Positions 10,103-20,134 of a stretch of 64,000 nucleotides of DNA are shown piece after piece. Position numbers and translations under genes: made by a program. The notes below the pieces were generated by a model that was given only the letters and a program-made list of their open reading frames with translations, did no database searches and was not told the origin of the DNA. Numbering within the stretch: position 1 is the stretch's first letter; the number at the start of each line of letters is the position of its first letter. Origin of the DNA: a virus (taxonomy: Duplodnaviria > Heunggongvirae > Uroviricota > Caudoviricetes); the IMG/VR virus record IMGVR_UViG_3300018488_000300. One strand, 5' to 3'.

Positions 10103-11026
10103 TCATCGTTTCAGGCTTTTGTTTTTAAAATCACGTATAGGCATATTGTTTTCATCTGGCTTTCCATCTAAAACGGATGGTAACTTTAATATTTTCTGTA
10201 CTAAGCAGTATTCCTCATTATCTTCCAGGGTTGTGTCCTCATCTACATCCATCAATAAAAGTTTTCCTACAGGATTCTGCTTGGTTGGTGATATATATTC
10301 CATGGCTGCTCCATTTTTGAATATAATGAAAATGGTAGTATTTCCTGAAAATTCGATTAACTTTGCTTCAATATTCCGCGTTTTATTTAGTCGCTCCACA
10401 ATGGTCTCATTAACCATAAACGTTTTTACAATATCAGTAAATGGTGTCTGCTCTGGTATCTTAAATTCTCCAGCATCAAAAAATAGTGGCAACTGTTCTT
10501 TGATATCATTTATGATTCGGATAAGCATATTATTTTTATTTAGTACCTCTTTTGTTTTGTCATAAACAAGTTTTTTGGTTTTCCCATCTATATGTATGGA
10601 TGTAAAAGGACATGATCCTGGTTCTGATAACGACAAAGTAAGGTCTCCTTTTTGTGACAACGTAAATACTATGGTTATTATATTTTTAGGAAGGGCCTTA
10701 TTTATAAAATCATATATTAGCATCAGCTTTTCATAATCCGGATCGTATAATAAGACCTCCATTTCATTATCCAACCGATTCTGCTTATCGAGTGTTTCCT
10801 CTACTTCCTTTTCAGATACATTTTTTCCATTAAGCTTGTATTTATCACCATCTTTTATTATTATATACTTCTCTTCATCAAATGTGTTAAGATAAGTCAT
10901 TTTATATCCAGTATCGGTTTCTGATAAGGAATAAATAATTCCTTTATCATCCAATCTCTCTAATAAATCTTTTTCTGAGACTTCCTCTTTTCCCTTTTTC
11001 TTTAACAATTTATCCAAGAAACCCAT
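10103..11026 (-). CDS. Hypothetical protein (about 307 aa from the RBS-preceded start MGFLDK)
   Basis: ORF. RBS AAGGAGG 8 nt before the ATG at 11026. Listed ORF start at 11062 is probably too long. Stop is TGA. Confidence 0.45.
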   Translation of the reverse strand: MGFLDKLLKKKGKEEVSEKDLLERLDDKGIIYSLSETDTGYKMTYLNTFDEEKYIIIKDGDKYKLNGKNVSEKEVEETLDKQNRLDNEMEVLLYDPDYEKLMLIYDFINKALPKNIITIVFTLSQKGDLTLSLSEPGSCPFTSIHIDGKTKKLVYDKTKEVLNKNNMLIRIINDIKEQLPLFFDAGEFKIPEQTPFTDIVKTFMVNETIVERLNKTRNIEAKLIEFSGNTTIFIIFKNGAAMEYISPTKQNPVGKLLLMDVDEDTTLEDNEEYCLVQKILKLPSVLDGKPDENNMPIRDFKNKSLKR

Positions 11027-11237
11027 TTTACATCCTCCTTTAAATTTAGTATGACAGAACAATTTACCATCATCCTTATTTAATTTAGTGATACCTTTTT
11101 ATGGATTCAACTATGTAAGGAATCACTTTTCTGTCCATTAACCTATTTTATCCAGTTATCTCAAATTTTTTATTTACATTATTATTATTGTTAATGAAAT
11201 GTGGAGAAATAACATGAAAGGAGCCATAGTCTAAATA

Positions 11238-11582
11238 ATGTTAATCGACATCGAAAAAATTGAAGAGGTAATGAAAAATAGGACAGTCAATGATATGTAT
11301 TTAAGACTGTTCAACGAAAAATTTAATACTTTACGCTCCAACGATTTAGTAACTATTAAGTCTATGTTCAATGAAATAACAGAGCTTGTATGGAAAGCAG
11401 GATCATGGTATTCCAGTAGACTTACTGAATACCACGCTCAATTAGCTGAATCCATCAAAACCATGTACCTTACGATTACAAACATTTTAGGATACGATTT
11501 TCAGGCAAATTATCTCACCCAAAAGTTTGCTGTTTGTATATCCTTCTATGCCTTCATCCAAATGAAAGAAAAAGCGGTTTAA
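11238..11582 (+). CDS. Hypothetical protein (114 aa)
   Basis: ORF followed by a bidirectional terminator. Confidence 0.4.
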   Translation: MLIDIEKIEEVMKNRTVNDMYLRLFNEKFNTLRSNDLVTIKSMFNEITELVWKAGSWYSSRLTEYHAQLAESIKTMYLTITNILGYDFQANYLTQKFAVCISFYAFIQMKEKAV

Positions 11583-11598
11583 TCACCGCTTTTTATTT
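11572..11598. terminator. Bidirectional intrinsic terminator
   Basis: agcggtttaatcaccgct hairpin with T-runs on both strands, between convergent genes. Confidence 0.6.
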
Positions 11599-13935
11599 TG
11601 CCATCAATTTCAGCCTGAATTCTTCATTATCCCATTTTCCAATTAGATTGTACTTATAACGTTCACCCTTGATTTTCATTTCCACATCATGATTCGTATA
11701 CACTGTCTCACAATCCTGGTCAATTCCATAATCCCTTACAATGACCGCAATAAAATCAACATAATCTCCTTCATATAGATTATTAGTTTCTTCTCTTGGT
11801 ATGATATGAACCGTGGTTATGTGGTCAATATAGAGTACGTTATGTCCAATACCGACCTCCATTAGATTCTCTGGCCGAATCTCATCCTTCGTAATTTCTG
11901 CTTTTACATTTGTTCCAACACCAATTACGGAAATGGCAGTATAAAATTTTCCATTTTCCCAAGAACCTCTTACAAAAACAGCATACTCCTCTGATTTAAT
12001 TGCAACCGTTGTTTTTCCTCCAGGTGATACTGCTGCTATATGTGATTCACCATCTGCTTCCAAATATGCACAAATATCTGTTACAAGTGAATTGCCTGAC
12101 TCAGGTATCTTTAATGGGAATATGATTAATTCTGCTTCTTCTGCCTTGATGAATTCATCTGCATCATTATATATGTTAATTGTAAATTTATACTTATCGT
12201 ATAAGAAATCAGAGCGTTTCCTCTTATAATCGGATTCTGTTTGTATTGCATATCGTTTTGATGTCCCAGCTGATGTCAAATCAAGTTCCAGCTTTTTGTC
12301 AGCTAATGTGTCTTTTTTAGATGTACTAATTACTCCATCTGCAATCTCGCCAACTTTATTTGCTTCTCTTTCTACATCAATCTCTCCTACTTGTTTTCTT
12401 CCCGTTGACATGTCAAAAACAGTTCCGCTTGAAATATCTTTATTTGTTTCACTTAATATCTGCTGTTCAATTTCCGCCTGTTCCCGGCTTGATTTTGTAT
12501 CCTTTAATTTTTTAAGGATATCTTCAGGGTCCATATCTATTGTCTCTGAACTGAAAATTGGATCCGTACTCATATCCTCTTCAATGACTTCTTCTGTATT
12601 ATCCATCAGTCTGTCGAATCGGAACTGTTCCGTATTTTCCTTCTTTTCATCTGTTTTATCACTTATTTTTGGTTTGTCCTCCAGAATGTGTTCTGGCTTG
12701 GATGGCTGCGAAGGCATAACTGGTGATACCGCTTTGGGTACATTTTGATTCGTATGAAGATGTGCTATTTCTTCTTGTCTAGGCGCTGTTTCCTCTTCTT
12801 TTTCTTCCAAACCAAAATCATCCTCATCATCCCATTTTAATGGTTCCTCTTTGCCAAATAATACATCATTTTCTTTATCCTCTAAAGGATAATCCGTATG
12901 TAATTCCTCTTTAACAGGTGTCTTCTCATTCCTTACCAGGCTAATATTAATATCCTGTATTTCTTCCTTCTTTTCTTTATTCGTTGTTGATGGTTTATGA
13001 CTTGTAAAATTTGTATCCACATCCTTTGAGAACCCAAAAAAGTCTTCGTCAATATCCCAAAATGGCTCGTCGTAAATTTCTGTATCTGAAAGAATCGGGT
13101 CATTTTTCTCTTGTAAAGGCTGCTTTGTTTTATTGACACTTGAATCAGCATAGGTTTTGTTTGTGAGTGGTTCTAATGGTGTTTCTATAACGGGTTTTGA
13201 TGCAGGTAATGGATTTTCAGCAACCCGTGTTTCAATTGGTGTTACATTCTCTTTCACCACTTCTTTTTTAATCGTTGGCTTTACGGTTAGCTTGCTATCG
13301 CTTTTTTCAGATTTATCTTCCCAAAATAAAGCATCTTCACCGTGATTTATAGTTTCTTTTTCTTCCTTACGATTAATATCTGTTATGCTTTCGGATTTAA
13401 TGTTTTCCCTTAAGTTGATTGGTCTTGCACTCTCCGATGGCTTTCTATCTGTCTGTTTAGGCTCAGACGATATCCCTTTGTGGGATTCCTCTGACTTAAT
13501 AGGGCTTTCTGTAACAGATCCAGAATCAGTTGAATTAACAACATTTACTTGATTTGATATTTCCAAATGGATTATATTAGGATTTTCTGTACGGTTTTTT
13601 TCAAAAATCTTATCAAAATCGCCTTGTAGGATATTTTTAATTGTAGGTATTGAAAATTCGCAAACTCTATCATCAATATATAAATATAGTTTTGTGTTAT
13701 CTTCGGATACCGAACAGGTACAGTTGTTCCTCAACAACAGTGCTGCCGCATTATTTCTGATGCGGTAGACTGATGTCAAATTTTTTTTGTAATACTGCGC
13801 CAGGAGCTCTTCTTCTCCATCAAAGCGAATATTTTTTAAGGATTCATCTCTTTCCTCCTCCATACTACACATCATAATATCTGATTCCTTTAGAGTTAGT
13901 GCAAGTTTTTGAATTTTGTCTTTTTTTGAAATCAT
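11593..13935 (-). CDS. Large acidic low-complexity protein (780 aa), function unknown
   Basis: Long ORF. Central ~400 aa rich in E/D/K/P/S/T. Globular N- and C-terminal regions with no recognisable motif. Start overlaps the upstream ATPase gene by 4 nt (ATGA), suggesting translational coupling. Confidence 0.5.
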   Translation of the reverse strand: MISKKDKIQKLALTLKESDIMMCSMEEERDESLKNIRFDGEEELLAQYYKKNLTSVYRIRNNAAALLLRNNCTCSVSEDNTKLYLYIDDRVCEFSIPTIKNILQGDFDKIFEKNRTENPNIIHLEISNQVNVVNSTDSGSVTESPIKSEESHKGISSEPKQTDRKPSESARPINLRENIKSESITDINRKEEKETINHGEDALFWEDKSEKSDSKLTVKPTIKKEVVKENVTPIETRVAENPLPASKPVIETPLEPLTNKTYADSSVNKTKQPLQEKNDPILSDTEIYDEPFWDIDEDFFGFSKDVDTNFTSHKPSTTNKEKKEEIQDINISLVRNEKTPVKEELHTDYPLEDKENDVLFGKEEPLKWDDEDDFGLEEKEEETAPRQEEIAHLHTNQNVPKAVSPVMPSQPSKPEHILEDKPKISDKTDEKKENTEQFRFDRLMDNTEEVIEEDMSTDPIFSSETIDMDPEDILKKLKDTKSSREQAEIEQQILSETNKDISSGTVFDMSTGRKQVGEIDVEREANKVGEIADGVISTSKKDTLADKKLELDLTSAGTSKRYAIQTESDYKRKRSDFLYDKYKFTINIYNDADEFIKAEEAELIIFPLKIPESGNSLVTDICAYLEADGESHIAAVSPGGKTTVAIKSEEYAVFVRGSWENGKFYTAISVIGVGTNVKAEITKDEIRPENLMEVGIGHNVLYIDHITTVHIIPREETNNLYEGDYVDFIAVIVRDYGIDQDCETVYTNHDVEMKIKGERYKYNLIGKWDNEEFRLKLMAK

Positions 13936-15437
13936 CGTTGATTATCCTCCCTCTTATTTTTTTTCGTCTTAGGTGGTTTTGGTTGTTTCGGTTCTTTCTT
14001 CTCCTTTTTAGAAAAAAGCCCAAAGAAACCTACGCTCTTTTTTACTGGAGCTGAAGGCACATCCTTATCTATTTTCCATATCATGTCCGCTAAATGGAGT
14101 AATTTCTTTTTAGCGTCCAATGTATATGTAACACTATCTTCATCGAGCACCAAAGGCGTGCCATCATATACTCGGTTTAAGAAAATTGTTTTTGAGATAG
14201 CAGGAATCTTAGCAACAAAATTCATCCTATATTTTGTTTCAAGGTCTTCTGCAGTAAAATGGAGCTTTTCAACGTCAATTCCCTGTTCCTTAAATTTCTT
14301 ATTATTCTCTATGTTTTCATTCAATATCCAATTAATTTTATCCGTCAGGTTCAGCTTCTTCAATACACCTAAATATCTTAAATTATTTCGTACATTATTA
14401 ATATCCAAGTTCATAATATAAAAGCATCGTTCTGCCTTCTGCAATAACGGATAGGTAGTTATGTGCATCATGGATGAATTTGTATCAATTATCACAATAT
14501 CATATTCCTTTTTTAATACCTCAAGAAGATAAATATAATATTCAGATGAAACCTTTAATGAATCAATCTCTTCTGGTGTTAATGTGGACCCGGCAAGCAC
14601 ATGTAAATTATCTAGCCCATCATATGGGACCATGCAATCCTTAATTAGTTTATTGACAAGCATAATGGAAGAATCATCACCTACAAGATTACCTTTATCA
14701 AAGATAGTGCTGATTGCTTCCATTGCCGTTTTCATGTTTTTCTTTTTATCTTCTTTAATATTTAATATTGTGCCGATTGATAAGGTTTGTAAATCCGCTT
14801 CCAATAATGCAATCCTTGGTTTGTCTCCATTCTCCTTCAATACTCCATATTTTGCTATTGCACATGCTGTATTAACTGATAAGAAAGATTTTCCTGTACC
14901 TGGCTTAACAGAAGTAAACACATAAACATTGTCAATACTTCCCTTTCCAACATTCTTTGCCTGAGCCAAGCCAGAAATCGGGACATCAAACTGTTCCATT
15001 GTTTCTGTATTGTTAAGAATATTTTTTGCTAAATAGGATACTGATTCTTCTGTCTTTGGATTCTTAATCAGATTCTCTAAAAGTTCCAGGTTTAGAACTT
15101 TTGCAATACATATATCATAAATCCCATTTAATACCAATTTACCCAGTTCATCAATTCTTTCCTGATCCCTGGGATTAAGCTGGCCTGCCAGATAAATAAA
15201 CCGGGTATAATGGAACTCCCTCTTTAATGTTGGTAACATTCCTGATAAAATACCTTCTCCCTCCAATAAATCAGAAACAATAACAACCTGTGGTTTATGA
15301 TTATGAATATCTACATACAAATCTTCTTTTGTTTTTGATATGCCTACGACTTCACAGTCCGTTAGTTTTGCCACACTGGAATCTAGGTCTTTGATTCCAG
15401 TAGCCATAAGTACTCTATATACTCTATCCTCATTCAT
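13932..15437 (-). CDS. CpaE/TadZ-like ATPase (receiver-like N-domain + MinD/ParA-type ATPase)
   Basis: Deviant Walker A VYVFTSVKPGTGKSFLSVNTA of the MinD/ParA superfamily, preceded by ~130 aa of receiver-like fold. No other tad/flp genes seen nearby. Confidence 0.55.
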   Translation of the reverse strand: MNEDRVYRVLMATGIKDLDSSVAKLTDCEVVGISKTKEDLYVDIHNHKPQVVIVSDLLEGEGILSGMLPTLKREFHYTRFIYLAGQLNPRDQERIDELGKLVLNGIYDICIAKVLNLELLENLIKNPKTEESVSYLAKNILNNTETMEQFDVPISGLAQAKNVGKGSIDNVYVFTSVKPGTGKSFLSVNTACAIAKYGVLKENGDKPRIALLEADLQTLSIGTILNIKEDKKKNMKTAMEAISTIFDKGNLVGDDSSIMLVNKLIKDCMVPYDGLDNLHVLAGSTLTPEEIDSLKVSSEYYIYLLEVLKKEYDIVIIDTNSSMMHITTYPLLQKAERCFYIMNLDINNVRNNLRYLGVLKKLNLTDKINWILNENIENNKKFKEQGIDVEKLHFTAEDLETKYRMNFVAKIPAISKTIFLNRVYDGTPLVLDEDSVTYTLDAKKKLLHLADMIWKIDKDVPSAPVKKSVGFFGLFSKKEKKEPKQPKPPKTKKNKREDNQR

Positions 15438-15632
15438 ATATAAGATCCTTTCATTATTTTTTTTTTTCTTATAACTATTCCAATATTATTATGCAAACAT
15501 TTTCTCAAAAGAGTTGATTTTTCTTTTTAAAAAAAAGATTCAACTTAATTAATCTTAGAATTCATTAAAAATGTTTGTTCCAAATAAATAGTATGCTATA
15601 TATAATTTGTTTGAATTAAATATATTTCTAAC

Positions 15633-15656
15633 AAAAAAAGATGTCAAATGACATCT
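15633..15656 (-). terminator. Intrinsic terminator
   Basis: agatgtcaaatgacatct hairpin with A/T runs on both sides. Confidence 0.5.
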
Positions 15657-15875
15657 TTATATAACCCGGTATCTCTGTTCTTCAATACATCTTGACCCTT
15701 TCTTGGTTTCGACATATCGATAGGTTTTGAATACTTTTTTCTTATTTCTTGTTTTTTTAATTTTAAAGACAGGAAGATTGATTGTAAATTTCTTGTTCCT
15801 TAAGTTCCATGCTTCCATAATCCACAGTACCACAACCACAATAAATAAGATAGCGTTCATATTTTCCCTCCACAT
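15657..15875 (-). CDS. Small membrane protein (72 aa)
   Basis: One hydrophobic segment. ORF only. Confidence 0.3.
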   Translation of the reverse strand: MWRENMNAILFIVVVVLWIMEAWNLRNKKFTINLPVFKIKKTRNKKKVFKTYRYVETKKGSRCIEEQRYRVI

Positions 15876-15925
15876 ATTCGTTTATAAGGGTAATATGTAA
15901 TAAAAGTTATGCCTATAAATATATT

Positions 15926-16594
15926 TTAACATGCCAGAGCGGCATCCTTGATTCTTAACACTTTCCTTGAGTACGAAGTCGAAGAAATGCCATTTTTACC
16001 TGTATTATAGGCAACAAGTGCCATACTCTCATTAAAACCATTTTTCTTTAGGTTTTCTGACATCATATAGACTCCACATCTGATTGATTGGTACGGATCC
16101 ATAAAATCTGTGATTCCAAGTGTTTTTCTTAGCCAGCTATGATTACTGGAATTAATCTGTGCAATTCCATAATCTACTGTTCCATTTTTATTCCTATGTT
16201 TTACATTTGGATTAAAACCGGATTCACAGTATAATTTTGAAATTATTAATTTTTCATATCCAGGTATTCCGTATTCTGCGCACATCTGATATACCCAATC
16301 CTGTAAATCTTCTGACAGATAAGCCTGATAGCCGTTGTCATTAATGGTATAATATATGATTCCATTCATTACTACACCATCTTTTTGATAATCCGGGTCA
16401 TTTATAGCAATTGCATCTTCAACCATGTTTATTTCTTCTTCTGATAGCTCATTAACCACAATATAATCTTCTGTATTTGATACCTGTGCTGTAGTATCTG
16501 CGAATACAGGAATTACATTCATCGATGTAATTAATCCTATGGTTAAACCACACCTTAAAAAGTTTTTATTAAATTGTTTTAGATATTTATTCAT
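15926..16594 (-). CDS. Secreted lytic transglycosylase (SLT domain, VirB1-like)
   Basis: Signal peptide, then the catalytic motif CESGFNPNV...DYGIAQIN (ES..N...G..Q type). Confidence 0.7.
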   Translation of the reverse strand: MNKYLKQFNKNFLRCGLTIGLITSMNVIPVFADTTAQVSNTEDYIVVNELSEEEINMVEDAIAINDPDYQKDGVVMNGIIYYTINDNGYQAYLSEDLQDWVYQMCAEYGIPGYEKLIISKLYCESGFNPNVKHRNKNGTVDYGIAQINSSNHSWLRKTLGITDFMDPYQSIRCGVYMMSENLKKNGFNESMALVAYNTGKNGISSTSYSRKVLRIKDAALAC

Positions 16595-16743
16595 GTACGT
16601 TTTTATGATATGAGTACTATTTCTTAATAATACTATATCAATCTCTCCTTTTTATTTTTAGTATTTCTCACACTTAGTTAGTATGAAAGAACACTTCTAA
16701 AATGTTACGAATTGTTACAAAAGTATTTTAAAAATAATACATC

Positions 16744-17133
16744 CTAAAGTACTCTTGCCATCGGAGAGTCTTCTAAATAAAGCTTATAAACCTTATTTCC
16801 CGGTTCATTTTCAAAGATTTCAAATTTTTCTGATGACATAAACTCAATATTTCCTCTCACTTTTACAGTTGAACAGATATTTCTGCAATATCCATTCACC
16901 TCCACATTCGTATCTTGTGTAATGGTCTTTCCATTAATGGAATAGTTAATATTCACATCAATTGGAGCCAGTTCACTTTCAACTTCTTTTCCTTCCTCTG
17001 CCAGATATTCAATTACTAATGCAAGAATTTCATCAGAGTTAAGTTCACACCTTCCATTTTCACGATATGGACATCGTGCCCAACAACTACCTCCAATTTT
17101 TAAATTTGGACAAATTGTTTTAGTTCCATAATC
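16744..17133 (-). CDS. Cys-rich small protein; reading frame open upstream of the listed start with no ATG
   Basis: Listed ORF 16744..16956 continues in frame to ~17133 (...ICPNLKIGGSCWARCPYRENGRCELNSDEILALVIEYLAEEG...) with no in-frame ATG. A GGAGG box sits inside. Possible non-ATG start or a damaged gene. Confidence 0.3.
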   Translation of the reverse strand, partial: DYGTKTICPNLKIGGSCWARCPYRENGRCELNSDEILALVIEYLAEEGKEVESELAPIDVNINYSINGKTITQDTNVEVNGYCRNICSTVKVRGNIEFMSSEKFEIFENEPGNKVYKLYLEDSPMARVL

Positions 17134-17277
17134 TGATTTTTCGTAAGTTTATGTTTTATATCATTCTCCTTTTTTCATATTTTTAATAGTATGTTAATTT
17201 TTTTTAGTAAAAAAAAGTCAGCTATTCTTTTGCTTCAAACATACTATTAATGACAATTTAAAAACAGGAGGATTACT

Positions 17278-17484
17278 ATGAATTTAAAAAAAGAAGCTAT
17301 GAAGCAAAAATCACGTGTTATGAAGCAGATGGCAAAACAGGACATGGTACGGAGGCTACATACAGCAGATAATATGATCCGGAAAATGGACCAGCAGATT
17401 CATCTCATTAAAGACCATAATCAGAAAAATCCCAATGACTTACAGCTTGTTCCATGCGGAAAAATTCATAAGATTATGGTTTGA
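17278..17484 (+). CDS. Small basic protein (68 aa)
   Basis: Strong RBS AGGAGG-N7-ATG. ORF only. Confidence 0.4.
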   Translation: MNLKKEAMKQKSRVMKQMAKQDMVRRLHTADNMIRKMDQQIHLIKDHNQKNPNDLQLVPCGKIHKIMV

Positions 17485-17584
17485 TAAACAAGTAAAGACC
17501 TATACCTTCGTAAGATGTATGGGTCTTTTTCATTAAGAATGTATGGATTTTAACATTTATATAATTAGAAATGGCAGATATTTT

Positions 17585-17616
17585 AAACAAAAAAATCAAG
17601 GGCACTAAGGCCCTTG
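17585..17616 (-). terminator. Intrinsic terminator
   Basis: caagggcactaaggcccttg hairpin followed on the minus strand by a T7 run. Confidence 0.55.
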
Positions 17617-17752
17617 GATAACCATGAATTTACAATAACTGAATATCAATAAATTCACGCTGCTAACGCAGATCTATATAAACATGAGACTGCACCTAAT
17701 CGAAGTAATAACTTTTGATCAGGCAGTTCACTTTATAATAGTATGTAAGACT

Positions 17753-18919
17753 TTATGAAATTTTATTAAAAAAATGAATGGCATCATCTAGATTTTCACA
17801 ACCTGCAATATGGCCTGATGGATGAATAAAAAACAAACCTTTACTAAAGGTTTCCAATTCCTCCCTATCTTTACCTCTTAATTCCTCTGGGAAGTACATC
17901 CTTCTGCATCCTTTTTTAGGATCAATTCGGTTTTTAATTTTCTCTCTCTCGCTCATCTCCAATAATAATACATTAATTCCTCTTTCTGATGGAAATATAA
18001 TCCCTTTGACATCATCATGATTCGATGATAATGAAGCGTTAGGTATATAGCGGTCAAACACTAACAGGTCTTTCCGTAAGGATTCCTGATAAATACGTTC
18101 ACATTCCACTCTTGCTGGGACAAGTGAGTTGATACTGTTAATGCGCTCTATAATGATATGCTCCAGAAGTTCAATTCTTTTTCTTCTTTTTAATACTGAT
18201 AATCCCAATATGAATGGTGATGTTTTATATTTCCCATATGTTTTATTTACCTGCGAAGTAAATGTATTTACAAATATATCATTATCTTCATCCATAAATA
18301 TTTCCTTGTAGTATAAATTCCATGCATTATTGACACTATCATAATGTATCCTGTTTTCGTTATGGTAATATTTTCTGTTTATATTTTCTAATGCGATTAA
18401 TATATCTACATTCATTGTTTTGCAGAATCTTGGAACAAATGTTGAATTACTAAAATGTTCAATTAATGCTTTTAAAACAGGATAAAATGTACTGACTGCT
18501 TTTGAAAAAGCCTCATCGGATGAAACTTCAGAATTCCAATTTGGGTTACAATATTCAATTGATGAGGTTAGCATATTTGTATTTGATGATGTATCACATT
18601 TATCTATCTCAGAAACAAATACATCGTCAAACAAATCGGCATTGCTTTTATTCATAAAAACAGTGCCATAATCATTCCACAATAGTCCAAACGCTGCATA
18701 AGTTTTCCCGTTGCTTCTTTTCTTTATTTCTCCATGGTGGTCATATGCTCCACCTCCAATATCATATACAATTCCTGTATATTTCTCTGGAACAACATTT
18801 AAGCGTTCATATGTAAACTTTGGATTTAACAACAATAGTAGACATGTAGATAAAACATCATCTGCATGGAAAGTTCCATTATGTGTAATTCCTTTATCGT
18901 ATATTTTAATATGGATCAT
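17753..18919 (-). CDS. MYG1/UPF0160 family metal-dependent hydrolase-like protein
   Basis: N-terminus ITHNGTFHADDVLSTCLLLLL...DIGGGAYDHHGE matches the MYG1 (GTFHCDE...YDHH) signature. Has a C-terminal extension. Confidence 0.5.
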   Translation of the reverse strand: MIHIKIYDKGITHNGTFHADDVLSTCLLLLLNPKFTYERLNVVPEKYTGIVYDIGGGAYDHHGEIKKRSNGKTYAAFGLLWNDYGTVFMNKSNADLFDDVFVSEIDKCDTSSNTNMLTSSIEYCNPNWNSEVSSDEAFSKAVSTFYPVLKALIEHFSNSTFVPRFCKTMNVDILIALENINRKYYHNENRIHYDSVNNAWNLYYKEIFMDEDNDIFVNTFTSQVNKTYGKYKTSPFILGLSVLKRRKRIELLEHIIIERINSINSLVPARVECERIYQESLRKDLLVFDRYIPNASLSSNHDDVKGIIFPSERGINVLLLEMSEREKIKNRIDPKKGCRRMYFPEELRGKDREELETFSKGLFFIHPSGHIAGCENLDDAIHFFNKIS

Positions 18920-19028
18920 GCTTATATCTATATCCTCCTAATATTTTGATATAGATATAATGCGAGATTTATTATCCTTTTTTGTTTCTATCATACTAAA
19001 ACAGAAAAAACAAAAAGGAGATTATCTA

Positions 19029-19190
19029 TGAAAAAAAAATATCACTTTTAACTATTCTATGCCTTTCATCCATTCCTTCTTATGCAGCCTCTCCTGTTGG
19101 ATAAGGAACAAGAATTATTGAAATTAACCATTTGACGGACGAAGAAATTCAATATATAGATGTGAATCCTTTTCCATTTAAGTAGTCTGC
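19029..19190 (+). pseudogene. Remnant of a secreted-protein N-terminus (signal peptide) broken by an A9 run and an in-frame TAA
   Basis: RBS aggagattatctATG. After a +1 shift in the A9 run the frame reads MKKKISLLTILCLSSIPSYAASPVG*GTRIIEINHLTDEEIQYIDVNP, resembling the N-terminal region of the 15926..16594 transglycosylase (VNELSEEEIN). Confidence 0.3.
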
Positions 19191-19670
19191 ACGAAAATCA
19201 AACAATACATATTTCTTATCCTCAATCTCAATATATTCACAATATAAACTTAGTTTTGCCTGTACAACATCGCTTGGGTTTCTATTACTGGTAATTAAAA
19301 GAAAATCCAATGTTTGAGTCGGGTACTTCTGAACCAAGTAAATATTTAATGACATTTTCAGTTAATGCGATATTATATGGTTTATTGTTTTTTATACCTT
19401 CACATATAAAAATTTTTTGATCCAGCTTCTTTTCTTCCTTAATGGTGTACTGATATGGAATATCTTTTTTCTGTCTTTACTAAGATATTCTCATGCCAGG
19501 CTTCAGGCAGATAAATACTATCTCCAAGCTTAACCTTATTCCCATCAATTTTTATCATTTCAAAATTTCTCTCTTTCATCTTTACATTTCCTGTACCAAT
19601 AGTATGTCTTATTTTGTTATGGACTGGATTGTTTAAAAAGAAGGCAATTGCCTTCTTTTCTTTAGTCCTT
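19149..19670 (-). pseudogene. Frameshifted hypothetical gene (three frames: MKERNFEMIKIDGNKVKLGDSIYLPEAWHEN... then ...NKPYNIALTENV... then listed ORF 19149..19355)
   Basis: Contiguous coding-like segments in three frames. One shift lies at a T6/A6 run near 19470. Confidence 0.3.
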
Positions 19671-20069
19671 TTATATAGAAATCCACTCCTTTAAAAGACG
19701 CTTATATTCCACTTTTTCAAGTTCCTCCTCATTATAATATCCACTCATTACCGCCCATGTTTTTAAATTAACATTACTTGGTTTTTCCCTAAATACCCAG
19801 GCCGACTGGTTGATATACCCATCACTTACTAATTGATTATAAAAATCCTCTTCTTTTGGAAAACATTTCATACATCCATGGTGATATGATGAACTATTAC
19901 TCATTGGTGCAGATAACGGAACTGCTACTTCCCACATAGGTTCAAATTTCACTTCATCTCCACAGCAATAGCAGCTTCTTGAAAAGATTGGAACCATCTT
20001 TCTTGGTTTTGTCCGTCTTTCATATTCTTCATTATATTTTCTGCACATTTCTTCCACTGTCTTTCTCAT
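19671..20069 (-). CDS. Hypothetical Cys/His-rich protein (132 aa)
   Basis: ORF. CYCCGD...HHGCMKC motif suggests metal binding. Confidence 0.4.
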   Translation of the reverse strand: MRKTVEEMCRKYNEEYERRTKPRKMVPIFSRSCYCCGDEVKFEPMWEVAVPLSAPMSNSSSYHHGCMKCFPKEEDFYNQLVSDGYINQSAWVFREKPSNVNLKTWAVMSGYYNEEELEKVEYKRLLKEWISI

Positions 20070-20134
20070 TATATAATCCTCCTTAACGCTATGTAGTCAT
20101 TTTGATTGGATCTCTCTCCAGACCCTTAAATTTT

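Noticed and set aside
5780-14925. Plus-strand ORFs nested inside the large minus-strand genes (5780.., 6085.., 6349.., 6778.., 7807.., 12296.., 13157.., 14083.., 14584..)
   Set aside because: They are antisense to genes with strong motif support, lack RBSs, and have a serine/leucine/phenylalanine-rich composition typical of antisense translation of AT-rich coding DNA.
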